Assembly: GCA_045617985.1 (NCBI GenBank)
Contig: JAZLJP010000052.1
Span: forward strand, 10,327-74,326
Reading direction: 5' to 3'
Origin: Kiritimatiellia bacterium
Lineage (GTDB): Bacteria > Verrucomicrobiota > Kiritimatiellia > RFP12 > UBA1067
DNA: 64,000 nt
Shown here piece by piece: positions 43,871-53,963 of this stretch. The notes beneath the pieces were generated by a model. The model ran no database searches, had not been told where the DNA came from, and was given only the letters and a program-made list of their open reading frames with translations. Every line of letters starts with the position of its first letter. Positions within the stretch are counted from its first letter, which is position 1. The position numbers and the translations under genes were made by a program.

Positions 43871-45190
43871 TCATCCTTTCACATTCAAATTCTGGACAAT
43901 CTTCCGAAGTTTCCCGCGTCCACTTTTTTCCATCTGCGAATCGTCATCAACCAAGCGGAACTTCAGTTTGAAATTCGGTAGATTCTTCTCGTATGATTGC
44001 TTCATCAACGCCAAAAGCCGATTCCCTTCGTGCTGCCATTCATGGCGAATGAGCAACAGCACCTCTATCTCGGCATACTTATTTTGCACGACTTGAAAGA
44101 AAAGCATTTTACGATAGACTTCATCAGGGGCCCCAATGGCCGTGAGCGAATACTTCACATCGGGAGACTCGTAGACGAAATCCTTCGCCGAACGCCCCTG
44201 CAAGTCAACAATAACGATGCGTTCTTCCTCGCGTACAATCCGTCCGTAATCGCCCGTTCTATAATTCACGAGCGGCATGGCTGGATTCACAAACGTCGTC
44301 CCCACGATTTCCCCAACTCCGTTTTCACTTTGATCGACGACACGTGGATAGCCATACGACGTGAAATTGACAAAACGTCCATCGGCATTTTCGTCATACG
44401 CGAGAACGACCTTTTCGGTCAGACCATACCACGACATGACACGCGCATGGAAGAAATCGGACAATTCCTTTTTCAGTTCCACCGTCGCGCCTTCACTCGC
44501 CAACATGATCTCCCGGACATCGAATCGTTCACCCAAATTCTCCAAACGTTCCTTGAACATCTTGATCAGAGTTGGATAACCATGAAGACATGAAATATGC
44601 AAACGCCGTATCCGAGCCAAGAATTCAGGGAATGTCCTGTTATTAACCTGAAAGGCATCCACGCTCAACTCATTATAGATTGGATCAAATCGAACGAACT
44701 CTCCTGGCTTAAACTTGTAGCCCCGAAACGTAAGCTTTAGATCCTTATGGCGATCATACCCGCCCAGTTTCCAAATACGCAGCATGTGCTTCCATTCAAC
44801 ACCATACGCCGAATTACTCAACTTGACATGTGTCGGCAGTTTCGTCATCCCCGTTGTCGTCCAATACGAATTGAAATCCGTAGCCCCATTGCTCACGAAT
44901 TTGTCCGGCGCGGCCGATATGTCCTGCGATCCGACAATCGGCAAGTCTGCCACAACCTTCTCGGCATCTTCTACGGTAATATGGTTCGGGATATTCTCAC
45001 GCCCCCAGACGGTATGGTCACGCGCATAGTCAAGCGCCGTCTTCAGATTTGATCCAAGACAACAAAGATCCGTTCGCGGCACACATGTGCGAAATCCCCC
45101 ACCAAACAACACCCCATCAGGAACATACTTGAGCGGTGCCGTAAGCTGCGGAGGTAAACTGCGATATAACTTTTTCAGTTGAAGAAGCAT
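43871..45190 (-). CDS. CapK / phenylacetate-CoA-ligase-like adenylating enzyme
   Basis: TTTGMT (divergent TSGST loop); LHGYPT; YGLTE; GEIVGTTFVNPAMPLVNYRTGD; GRGKLRKIV. Confidence 0.78.
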   Translation of the reverse strand: MLLQLKKLYRSLPPQLTAPLKYVPDGVLFGGGFRTCVPRTDLCCLGSNLKTALDYARDHTVWGRENIPNHITVEDAEKVVADLPIVGSQDISAAPDKFVSNGATDFNSYWTTTGMTKLPTHVKLSNSAYGVEWKHMLRIWKLGGYDRHKDLKLTFRGYKFKPGEFVRFDPIYNELSVDAFQVNNRTFPEFLARIRRLHISCLHGYPTLIKMFKERLENLGERFDVREIMLASEGATVELKKELSDFFHARVMSWYGLTEKVVLAYDENADGRFVNFTSYGYPRVVDQSENGVGEIVGTTFVNPAMPLVNYRTGDYGRIVREEERIVIVDLQGRSAKDFVYESPDVKYSLTAIGAPDEVYRKMLFFQVVQNKYAEIEVLLLIRHEWQHEGNRLLALMKQSYEKNLPNFKLKFRLVDDDSQMEKSGRGKLRKIVQNLNVKG

Positions 45191-45199
45191 AGTACTACC

Positions 45200-46684
45200 C
45201 TATCGTCTAAATTCCACCGGTCCTGCAAGTGCCATCATCTTTTCTAGGTTCCGATGATAAAGAAGAATTGTGTCTATAGTAAACCCGCCAACAACGCAAA
45301 TCACCCACATAATACCACCGATCCCGCCCGGAGAGAAGAACGTCGACTCGCCCATATTCGTTGTGATGAATACCGTAAAGAGAGTCACAGTTGTTATAAA
45401 TTGCTTCCTATTGCAAATACCATAGAAACCGACCAAGAAAACGGCAAAAAGAGTAAAGCCAAGCAACCCTGTTTCTCCAAGGACCATCGTTGGAAGAACG
45501 CCCTTCTCAATCGACGCGGAAATAATGAGACCTTTTCGCCGACCAAACCTGCGTAAAGTGTTCTCATCCACCTGGAACCCCATCCCCAACAACGGATTTT
45601 TCTTAAAATCACGTATAGACGCCTCCATCAAACCCTGGCGGCTAGACGTAAAAGCCTCGGTAAGGGTTCGCGTGTCCGAAGAGACGTCATCTTTCTTTCG
45701 CAACCACCGCGTCATCGAACCATCCTTCAACTCGGCAGCGATCATAATCAACCCCATAAGGGCCAAGCCGACCGTCAGCCCCGTGCGGACATGACGCTTC
45801 ATCTTCTGCGGCATCTTAACTTTTCGAGACGCATAACAATAAACCATTGCAAACATTACTGAGAACGACAAGAAACCACATCTTGAACGCGTGAGATAAA
45901 GCATCGGCAACGACAAAAACACAAGCAACAAATGGAACTTATTAAACTTGCGCTGAATGAACAACATATCACAGACAATCCAACCAACACAACAGGTCAT
46001 AATCGGAGCGAGCGCCTGACTTTGATTGAGCACGCCACAAAACAGAGCAGATGTTCCCTCGGCCGTTTGTGCTAGATCAGCCGCAGCCCCCAGATCCCCG
46101 CTTCGCATCGCGAGCTGCATGGCGCTAAGCTGCGAATAGGCCGGAAAGGGGTATAATAAAACGCTTCCCAACACGACCCAACAGGCAATTGCCATAAAAA
46201 AAGCCCTCAGCAGATAGACATCTTTCGGCCGATGGTGCATATTCTTCGTCCCGAGCCACAAACCCAACAGGAATACTGAGAAGTTGACAAGTTTCAAATA
46301 ACTGACCTTCGGCAGCCAACCACCACCTGACGAAATACAGGCCGCCAAGAGGAAAGGAATCATCAAGCCAAAGGGCACACAATGCCGCCCGACCCGCTGC
46401 GAACTCGTCACCGCCAAGATGCCACCAATCAACAAAGGACCAAACCGAGCCGCATAAGCGATTGACGAGGTGGTGGGGACAAGCAACGGGTTGATGACAA
46501 TCGTAAGCGGCATGAACACATAACAACAAAGAGCGATTCCCGTCTTCCCCGTCAAGGCGCAAACGGAACCGATTACCGCCACCGCCACCGCAGCATAACC
46601 ACCAGTCAATCTGCAAAGAACCAGAAGGCCGACGATAACGGCCAAACATTTTCCAATCAACTTATAATAAACCCGATCATTCAT
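45200..46684 (-). CDS. Wzy/O-antigen-ligase-like polymerase (multi-TM)
   Basis: About 12 hydrophobic segments; GVLNQSQ; LTRSRCG; SSRQGLM...NPLLGMGF; LGETGLLG; start set at MNDRV after the upstream stop. Confidence 0.78.
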   Translation of the reverse strand: MNDRVYYKLIGKCLAVIVGLLVLCRLTGGYAAVAVAVIGSVCALTGKTGIALCCYVFMPLTIVINPLLVPTTSSIAYAARFGPLLIGGILAVTSSQRVGRHCVPFGLMIPFLLAACISSGGGWLPKVSYLKLVNFSVFLLGLWLGTKNMHHRPKDVYLLRAFFMAIACWVVLGSVLLYPFPAYSQLSAMQLAMRSGDLGAAADLAQTAEGTSALFCGVLNQSQALAPIMTCCVGWIVCDMLFIQRKFNKFHLLLVFLSLPMLYLTRSRCGFLSFSVMFAMVYCYASRKVKMPQKMKRHVRTGLTVGLALMGLIMIAAELKDGSMTRWLRKKDDVSSDTRTLTEAFTSSRQGLMEASIRDFKKNPLLGMGFQVDENTLRRFGRRKGLIISASIEKGVLPTMVLGETGLLGFTLFAVFLVGFYGICNRKQFITTVTLFTVFITTNMGESTFFSPGGIGGIMWVICVVGGFTIDTILLYHRNLEKMMALAGPVEFRR

Positions 46685-46688
46685 AAGA

Positions 46689-47789
46689 TCATACTTTGGC
46701 ATAATTTGGGGCGACAGGCATCCTGTCTGCCCCCCCTTCAAACAAAGATTCATAGACCGCGTCCATCCGCAGGGCAACAGCTTCCCACGAATACTTCGCA
46801 CGCACCAACTCACGGCCGCGCCCCCCCATATCCGCTCGCTCCGCGTCCGAAAGCAAAATCAATGCCCGCAAAGCCTTCACTAGACTTTCAGCATCGTTTT
46901 CCACCCACCAACCGCATCGAGCCGCTTCCACTTCCTGCCAAGGCGTGCCCTTACTCGTAATTACCGGAAGGCCCCAGGCAAGGGCATCCACCACCACTCC
47001 GCCAAAGTTCTCGGTAAAACTCGGCAAGATCAGCGCATCGGCATTCCGATATTCCTCATCCAGCGTCTCATCGTATTTCGGCCCCGGGAATTCAACAGAC
47101 GTCTCCAATGCCAAACGCTGCGTAAGAGATCTCAAGGTTCCAGAGTAATTCGCCACGTCCGTACCGACAATCCGCAGTTTCCATTTCTCGTTCTGCACAA
47201 CCTGCCAAGCTCGAATCAGATTCTCAAGCCCCTTCACTGGATTGATGCGACCTACGAAGAGGAGCGTCTTCTTCTCATGTCGCCGTAACGGAACCACCTC
47301 TGGGAATGCTGTTCCCAACGGAACATTTTCAATTCGCTTCTTAAAGCCATACGCCTCAACCCATTCACGTTCTCTCTCACTCGTCACATGTAAAACAGCC
47401 GCTGTACGCAAGTCATGCTTCTGCCAAAGCGTCCATGCCAAGCTTTTCTTCCACCACTTGTACCGTATCGCCCAAGGCGCCAACATGCCATGCAGAGACC
47501 AAATGACCGGTTTATTCCATCCCCTACATTTCTTGATAATCCCATGCATAAAGGGGGGCCAAATACCGTGCAAATGAATCAAATCCCAATCCGACAACCG
47601 AATCATCGCATCTTCCATACGTACCCGCGGAACTTCAACAGCCGATGGAGCAATATCAAAACGATTCCAATCCTTGATGGCAATTGTATTATCTCCCCCG
47701 CTCCGCTGAAGTGCATCAGAAATCCCTACAACAAAAGTTGTCACACCAGAGGCTTTTGGCAGATAGGGGACTATGTGTAAGACTTTCAT
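46689..47789 (-). CDS. Glycosyltransferase family 4
   Basis: MKVLHIVP; HLHGIW; LFVGRINPVKGL; LPSFTENFGGVVVDALAWGLPVI; ATGA overlap at the start. Confidence 0.9.
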   Translation of the reverse strand: MKVLHIVPYLPKASGVTTFVVGISDALQRSGGDNTIAIKDWNRFDIAPSAVEVPRVRMEDAMIRLSDWDLIHLHGIWPPFMHGIIKKCRGWNKPVIWSLHGMLAPWAIRYKWWKKSLAWTLWQKHDLRTAAVLHVTSEREREWVEAYGFKKRIENVPLGTAFPEVVPLRRHEKKTLLFVGRINPVKGLENLIRAWQVVQNEKWKLRIVGTDVANYSGTLRSLTQRLALETSVEFPGPKYDETLDEEYRNADALILPSFTENFGGVVVDALAWGLPVITSKGTPWQEVEAARCGWWVENDAESLVKALRALILLSDAERADMGGRGRELVRAKYSWEAVALRMDAVYESLFEGGADRMPVAPNYAKV

Positions 47790-48904
47790 TCGTGCCCCCC
47801 CTCCAACAGGCGCCTTGCGGCCTCTCTTGCCGTCCAATTCGCAATGCCCGCTTCCGTCAACGCCCCCTCCTTCTTGTATCGCATGCATTTTTCGACCAAG
47901 GCTACCAACTTATCAACATTCCCTGAAGGAAACAACCTCGACTCATCCAACATCGTGGCGCAAGCCCCACACTCTCGCGCACCAAGAACCGTAAGCCCTT
48001 CCTCCAATGCCTCACTCACCACAGCCCCCCATCCCTCGCGACCATTACTAGCTAAAATATAGACATCATGCACCCGCATAATCGGCCGAATCTCATCCAT
48101 CGGTACAGGAGGATGATATGTCACCACATCTGTCAAGCCAAGTCGTTGAGTTAACCCCTTAAGTTCTAATTCCGCAGGGCCAAAACCATACACATCAAAA
48201 GTTACACGGCACTGCTCACAACCTGTCCGCCGACGAATTCGTGCCAATGCCTTAAGAATCGTGTCGATACGTTTCAACTTAAGAATCCGTCCCACCCAAA
48301 GCAATCGCAATTCGTCGTGCAATGGGCATGGGCGTTCAACTTTTTCTGCCGCCTTGACGAAATACCCCCACATTCGGACGTTGTCCAGTCGGCATCCGCC
48401 GCATCTGACCACACCAAATGGGGCACGGTCAAATTCAACCCAACCACGGTGACCCAACAAACTGGCCATATCCCTTGCTGCCCAAACGCCAATCGGCAAA
48501 TAGGTCACACCGCCATTCCGAATCAGGCGCACCATCCGCCGTGCCATTTCCCGAAACGACGGAACGAACATCCGCAACCGCCCCAAACGCGGTTTAAACC
48601 AACGTTCAGACGTATAAAAAGTTTTTAATCCCCTTGCCGCACGACGTTCGAAAAGTTCAACATCACGGATCCCCGTCAACAAGACATCGCAAGTCTCCAA
48701 CACCGAGCCAACTCCCTGATCACCAGCGCGGCCTTGACAGATCCACGGTGCTACATCGGTCATCCACCCTTGCAGTCTCCTATCACCAGTCATCTCATCG
48801 GTGTAGATATAACTAAAATTCGTTTCTCCGACACGCGCGCAAATCTCACGTGCCAACGGCGATTGGTGCGGAGACACACAATTCATGTAAAAACAGAATT
48901 TCAC
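47786..48904 (-). CDS. Glycosyltransferase family 4
   Basis: LLWVGRILKLKRID; REGWGAVVSEALEEG. Confidence 0.85.
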   Translation of the reverse strand: MKFCFYMNCVSPHQSPLAREICARVGETNFSYIYTDEMTGDRRLQGWMTDVAPWICQGRAGDQGVGSVLETCDVLLTGIRDVELFERRAARGLKTFYTSERWFKPRLGRLRMFVPSFREMARRMVRLIRNGGVTYLPIGVWAARDMASLLGHRGWVEFDRAPFGVVRCGGCRLDNVRMWGYFVKAAEKVERPCPLHDELRLLWVGRILKLKRIDTILKALARIRRRTGCEQCRVTFDVYGFGPAELELKGLTQRLGLTDVVTYHPPVPMDEIRPIMRVHDVYILASNGREGWGAVVSEALEEGLTVLGARECGACATMLDESRLFPSGNVDKLVALVEKCMRYKKEGALTEAGIANWTAREAARRLLEGGHE

Positions 48905-50097
48905 ACTCTCCCCCGAAGTTGATCGACCTCGGTCAAAAAACGTCTGACAACTGAATTAATCTCAATGTCCTGGGTTAAATGTTGTTGTGGCCGAATCCTA
49001 AAATAGTGTTCAATCATCCGTGCAAGCATTTCTTCATTGCGAGGTTCGCACACCCAGAGATTACGTTCTCCATCCGGAATCATATCCGCAATTCCAGAAA
49101 CCGTTGTTGTAATAAATGGAGTGCCGCACATCCACGATTCCGCATAGACGCACCCAAAGCCCTCGAAATACGACGGCAGGACAAACAAGTCAATCGATCG
49201 GTAGAAATCAGCCAATTTCTCATGCGGAACCTCATTCAAAAACTCAATCAGCAAACCCTGGTCTGTGGCAAATTGTTCACAATGTGTCCGCAATGGACCC
49301 GAGCCAACCAGCTTCAATTTTATCGGCAAATTAGACAATCTCGCCACCGCTTTCAGCAAAGTCAGTTGATCCTTGAGCTCGACGAAATTCCCAACACACC
49401 CGATTGTCAAATTCTCATGGGGCGAACGATCAACATCATGGAAAACACTTCCTTCAACCCCATTGGCGGAAACGATCGAATGTCGAATACGCACAGGACG
49501 ATACGGCAGCCCTCGCATTTGCCTACGATAGTCGTGATAGCTCGTCCATCGCGTGTCCGGAGCCAAGGAAAAACTCTTCTTAACCAACTCGCTGATAAAG
49601 ACATGCCCATCCATCCGTTCATGCCAACGCCTCAAAATCGGGAACTCGATCAGATTGTACAACCAGCAATGTCGCAAAGCCCCATTATTCAAGCCAAAGC
49701 TCTGCAAGTCGTGGTGATGCAAGAGCGTGAGACATTTTGGATTACGCTTCTTAACAGCATTCAGATAGACCGAAAAAGGAGCTGTATGTCCATGACAAAT
49801 CGCAACCTCCTTACAGTCAATTCCCGCCCGCCCAAGCGCTTTCAAAAAGCTCTGCTGATTCTGACGATGAAATAAAAAAGGGAAAATCGAACTCGGCAAC
49901 TGCCACGTCTTGAATGTCCAAACTTTCACCCCTTGATATTCATAGTTCCCATCTTCTCCAGGTTTGAACACCACGACCTCATACCGCCCATCCCGCATCA
50001 ACGCCTTGACGGCATCAAGACAATAAGCACCTCGCCAATTTCCGGGCGAAGGGAAAAAAGGTGTCACATAAAGATATTTTTGCCCGCCAAACATCAT
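48901..50097 (-). CDS. Glycosyltransferase family 4
   Basis: IGCVGNFVELKDQ; FVLPSYFEGFGCVYAE. Confidence 0.88.
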   Translation of the reverse strand: MMFGGQKYLYVTPFFPSPGNWRGAYCLDAVKALMRDGRYEVVVFKPGEDGNYEYQGVKVWTFKTWQLPSSIFPFLFHRQNQQSFLKALGRAGIDCKEVAICHGHTAPFSVYLNAVKKRNPKCLTLLHHHDLQSFGLNNGALRHCWLYNLIEFPILRRWHERMDGHVFISELVKKSFSLAPDTRWTSYHDYRRQMRGLPYRPVRIRHSIVSANGVEGSVFHDVDRSPHENLTIGCVGNFVELKDQLTLLKAVARLSNLPIKLKLVGSGPLRTHCEQFATDQGLLIEFLNEVPHEKLADFYRSIDLFVLPSYFEGFGCVYAESWMCGTPFITTTVSGIADMIPDGERNLWVCEPRNEEMLARMIEHYFRIRPQQHLTQDIEINSVVRRFLTEVDQLRGRV

Positions 50098-50133
50098 CTA
50101 CCGCCAAATAAACTTACCCATATTCTCTCACCC

Positions 50134-51237
50134 TTAATCCTTAAGTACGTTTCCAACAAAATCAACATAAGAACTTCCTAAAGCAGCATTATGCGCAGCC
50201 TCACTCATGATCCTGTAGCATTGCGGTGACAATGCCAGCATGTTTTCCAACTTAGCCTTCAAGAATGTCACATCCTCTTGATCACAATAATATCCAAATA
50301 CGCCATCATCCCCGTATAGCCCAACAATGTCCGCATAATTTCCAACAATAATCGGCACGCCCCTATAGAGCGCCTCTGCAACCGACGAACCGCCGCCCCA
50401 ACCCTTCCTTACATTGACAAAGCATCGCGCATCGCGAAAGAGGCGATCATACGTTTCCTTCTGTTCGGGTATCGCCTTATTCAAGTATCCATGAAAGTTC
50501 ACCCTATATCCACTCGGTTGTGTCTTTGACGAGAATACCCCAACCACGTCAATCACAATCTCAGGATCCCCTATCAGGTTCGCTGCCTTGACAACGCACT
50601 CGACATTACTCTGATACGTGCTTCCGCCCACGAGCAGAATATGCTTCGAATGAAGTCCGCCCGCAATCGAAGCCTCAACATCGGGCACCTCGTCTGTATT
50701 AATCGGATTGCAATAGAACTTCACCTTATCTCCAACTGCCGCCCGCATGTATTCTGCCGCATTGGGATAAAGCGAAACGACTTTCGCTGCCGATCGCATC
50801 GCCGCAAACTGCCGTGCATCCCCCGCCTTTTCTGCCGCAGTCATCGGTCGACAATGGAACAACTGCTGAAGGTAACCATTCGTCCAATCGTGAATAAGGA
50901 TCACCGGCTTGTCGATTCCCTTCGCGTCAACGCAATAGCTGAACACGAGGACTTTGTCGCATTCAGGATGTTTCCTCACCACCGACTGCAACCATCGACT
51001 CTGCAACGCGATACCCAATCCCGTCGTTTCAAACGCCACCCAACGCCACGGTCGCCAGATCTTGCGGACAATCCGATTAAACAAGATGCGAGGCACCTTG
51101 ATCCATTTCACCTCGCTCATATCAAGGCAGACAACCTCATGCCCCTGCCGTCGCAATTCAACAAGGACCCGGTTCGGAACCCCGCTCCAAGTACGAGGAC
51201 TTTCCGCGTTACCATTAGCTACCAGAAGGATATTCAC
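50134..51237 (-). CDS. GT-B (family 4-like) glycosyltransferase
   Basis: WSGVP..V; FHGYLNK; SVAEALYRGVPIIV. Confidence 0.75.
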   Translation of the reverse strand: MNILLVANGNAESPRTWSGVPNRVLVELRRQGHEVVCLDMSEVKWIKVPRILFNRIVRKIWRPWRWVAFETTGLGIALQSRWLQSVVRKHPECDKVLVFSYCVDAKGIDKPVILIHDWTNGYLQQLFHCRPMTAAEKAGDARQFAAMRSAAKVVSLYPNAAEYMRAAVGDKVKFYCNPINTDEVPDVEASIAGGLHSKHILLVGGSTYQSNVECVVKAANLIGDPEIVIDVVGVFSSKTQPSGYRVNFHGYLNKAIPEQKETYDRLFRDARCFVNVRKGWGGGSSVAEALYRGVPIIVGNYADIVGLYGDDGVFGYYCDQEDVTFLKAKLENMLALSPQCYRIMSEAAHNAALGSSYVDFVGNVLKD

Positions 51238-51990
51238 TCAACGCCCCGTAATCAAGAATAAAAGACAATCAAGACCCTTCGACAACGCCCGAACAACCTT
51301 AAAGAAAAACCAATTCAATCCGGAGCGCCCAGTACCATCAGTCCCCAACAATTCCGTGGGCGACCGTTTGCTCCAATCAGCAAGGGCCGATTCAAAACGT
51401 TCGTTTGCCTGTCTCGCTGTCGTGGGATAGGCCCTATACAATTTCAGGCCATGTCGACGTACCCATCTTCCCCACGCATCTGCAACACAAATCACTGGTT
51501 GGTTCACACGTAAGATCAATTTAGCTGCCGACAGAGTAATTAGATAAGCATCCGCACATCCTGCACTCTGAAGTTCTTGGAGCCCATTTTCATAAGAAGA
51601 ACCACCTTCCCCGCCCCAATCAGAAAACAATATGACTTGAGGTAAATTCGAGTTCACATATTGTTCCGCCATTTGAAGCACATCTGGGAAACGATCCGAA
51701 AGAATCACATCATCTTCCAACACAAGAGCATAAGGCAATTGCCTTTCGACCATCAATCGATAAACTGCCATATGCGACAACGCACAACCTAGTTCCCCCC
51801 CCTTAATAACATGCGCCAAACACAACCAGGAACGAAAAGACGACGAGAGCCGTTTCCGCTCAACATCGGACAAAGCCTTACCGTTAATAGCCGAAAAACG
51901 TTCGTACGACACCCCCAATCGGTGCAATTGCTCATCAGCAGACACTAACCGATCCGTATTCTTATCGAGATTGATCAGAAAGACATTCAT
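51238..51990 (-). CDS. Glycosyltransferase family 25
   Basis: VFLINLDKNTDRL; FSAING; GELGCALSH; LVLEDD; AYLIT..AA. Confidence 0.88.
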   Translation of the reverse strand: MNVFLINLDKNTDRLVSADEQLHRLGVSYERFSAINGKALSDVERKRLSSSFRSWLCLAHVIKGGELGCALSHMAVYRLMVERQLPYALVLEDDVILSDRFPDVLQMAEQYVNSNLPQVILFSDWGGEGGSSYENGLQELQSAGCADAYLITLSAAKLILRVNQPVICVADAWGRWVRRHGLKLYRAYPTTARQANERFESALADWSKRSPTELLGTDGTGRSGLNWFFFKVVRALSKGLDCLLFLITGR

Positions 51991-51993
51991 CCA

Positions 51994-52974
51994 TCATTCC
52001 CTAAATTTCCTTGATGCTACAATGCCAATCCACGCCAAAGACCGACGCACGCAGACATCCAACACAACACACCCGCCAAACAAGATAACTGCTATCAACA
52101 ATTGGGCAACCCAGATATTGGTGTTACCCTGTTCAATAAAGTAGTTTGTCAAACGGGCGACAATATCACGTCCTTCGTTCTCGGCATGGTACAAATAAAC
52201 GGCAAACATTGACGGCCCAAGGAAAACCGCCAAGCGTCCAATCCAAGTCGGCCAACGGATTGACTTGAACACGGCAAACACGGCGACGGCCAACCCCATG
52301 GCAAAAGGAGAGACATACCCAGACAAACCAACCGATGTCGCTGCCGCACATCCAAGCAAAAGAGCAGTTTTTCGACGCGGCGTTAGAAAGGCAGAACAAT
52401 CAAAACGACGGCAAAGTCTCCCGATGACATAAACCACGCTCATCATCAAATAAGTGTAGCTACCGAATCCCCATGGCTTAGGAAGATGAACGCCAAACTT
52501 TTCCATGTAAGAACCACCCCAACACCAAACAAAAACCAAAACACAGAACGGGATCCCAATCTGCAGAATCTGGTTGCGGTCAGCTTTCTCAGTCACATAA
52601 TTCAACATAGGACAAAGCAGCATCAATACTGCATAGCAATTCAAGAACCAATGACAAAACAATCTTGCATGAATGGCCTTGACAAACGCCACCCCACTTG
52701 GAACGCCCGCGCCGAGAAAACCATCGTAAAAGACGGTCACAATCACCGAGCAGGCCAGTGCCACGCCCCAGATTCGAAAGAATCGTTTCCAAGAAAATCG
52801 GATGCCAAAATATCCAGAGATAAAGACAAAACCGTCCACACACGCCACCAGCATGTTCGTAAACCACGGATGGAGATTGCCCGAGAAACCAATGGCATGC
52901 AACAGACAAATGCCGAACATCAGGCAACATCTGTAAACTTCAATCGAAGCGTCCCTCGTTCTCTTACCCTTCAT
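51994..52974 (-). CDS. Membrane acyltransferase (acyltransferase_3-like)
   Basis: RDASIEVYR..LMFGI.LLH; VDGFVFISGYF; HWFL..Y; MFAVYLYH; ATGA overlap at the start. Confidence 0.82.
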   Translation of the reverse strand: MKGKRTRDASIEVYRCCLMFGICLLHAIGFSGNLHPWFTNMLVACVDGFVFISGYFGIRFSWKRFFRIWGVALACSVIVTVFYDGFLGAGVPSGVAFVKAIHARLFCHWFLNCYAVLMLLCPMLNYVTEKADRNQILQIGIPFCVLVFVWCWGGSYMEKFGVHLPKPWGFGSYTYLMMSVVYVIGRLCRRFDCSAFLTPRRKTALLLGCAAATSVGLSGYVSPFAMGLAVAVFAVFKSIRWPTWIGRLAVFLGPSMFAVYLYHAENEGRDIVARLTNYFIEQGNTNIWVAQLLIAVILFGGCVVLDVCVRRSLAWIGIVASRKFRE

Positions 52975-53963
52975 CGATGGAACCCTCTCGCTTTCAGTTG
53001 GTAAGGCCAGAGGCACAGTATCGTCGCCAGCAACCGCAATGGGCACAATCGCAGAAACCTGAAACGGCCCTGCTGAAATAGGGACATACGACGGCAAGTC
53101 AGGACACGCGGCAAGGCCGCTTTCCATACCTGCCAAACCTCGTCTCGATCCTCCTTGGGCAATTGGACATACTCATGCATGAAAGTCTCCGACATCCCAT
53201 TCGCATACCCACGAACCAATGACCTGCCAAGCGTGCGCGGCGAAGTTTCCAGCAACTCCAAACACTGCGTTACATATTCAATTCTGTCCAACACTCGACG
53301 CTTTCCGATCGGCGACAAAATGGCCGAACCAGTACGTCGACGATAACCATAAAATGTCGAATCAAGAATCACCTGTTTCTTCGCCCGCAAACAACACGAC
53401 AAAAGAAACAGGATGTCTTCCCCAAAGGCCAACGGCTGAAACCGAAGTGATCCGACAACATCCCTCCGATACACCTTTCCCGCGAAACAAAACGACACAT
53501 CCGCCGAGTCAACAAACTCTAAAAGGTTAGAAATGCGCTGCTCGCAGCCCTCGAACTTCTCCGGCCAAGGATAAGGCCCCTTCTCTGGGAAATACTCAGT
53601 ATTAAACGCAACAACATCAACTGTCGCGTCTTGTCCAGCGACACGCGCACATTCCGCGAGCGTCCAAGGCGCCCACACATCATCCCCATCGAGAAAGGCA
53701 ATCCATTGTCCCTGAGCCACCTCCAAACCGGCATTCCGCGCTGCGGCGACACCGACATTGCGTTGGTGGATAATCTTAAAACGGTTGTCCCGCCGCGCCG
53801 CCTCGTCTAAAATCAGACCACTGCCGTCCGATGACCCATCATCGACACAAATACACTCCAAATCCACACAAGTCTGTTCCCGAACCGAATCAAGGCACTC
53901 GCGCAGATAAGGGGCGACATTGTAGACTGGAATGATGATTGAGAAACAGGGGGGGGCACTCAT
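52971..53963 (-). CDS. Glycosyltransferase family 2
   Basis: FSIIIPVYNVAPYLRECLDSV; VDDGSSDGS; GVAAARNAG; FLDGDD; GEDILF. Confidence 0.9.
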   Translation of the reverse strand: MSAPPCFSIIIPVYNVAPYLRECLDSVREQTCVDLECICVDDGSSDGSGLILDEAARRDNRFKIIHQRNVGVAAARNAGLEVAQGQWIAFLDGDDVWAPWTLAECARVAGQDATVDVVAFNTEYFPEKGPYPWPEKFEGCEQRISNLLEFVDSADVSFCFAGKVYRRDVVGSLRFQPLAFGEDILFLLSCCLRAKKQVILDSTFYGYRRRTGSAILSPIGKRRVLDRIEYVTQCLELLETSPRTLGRSLVRGYANGMSETFMHEYVQLPKEDRDEVWQVWKAALPRVLTCRRMSLFQQGRFRFLRLCPLRLLATILCLWPYQLKARGFHR

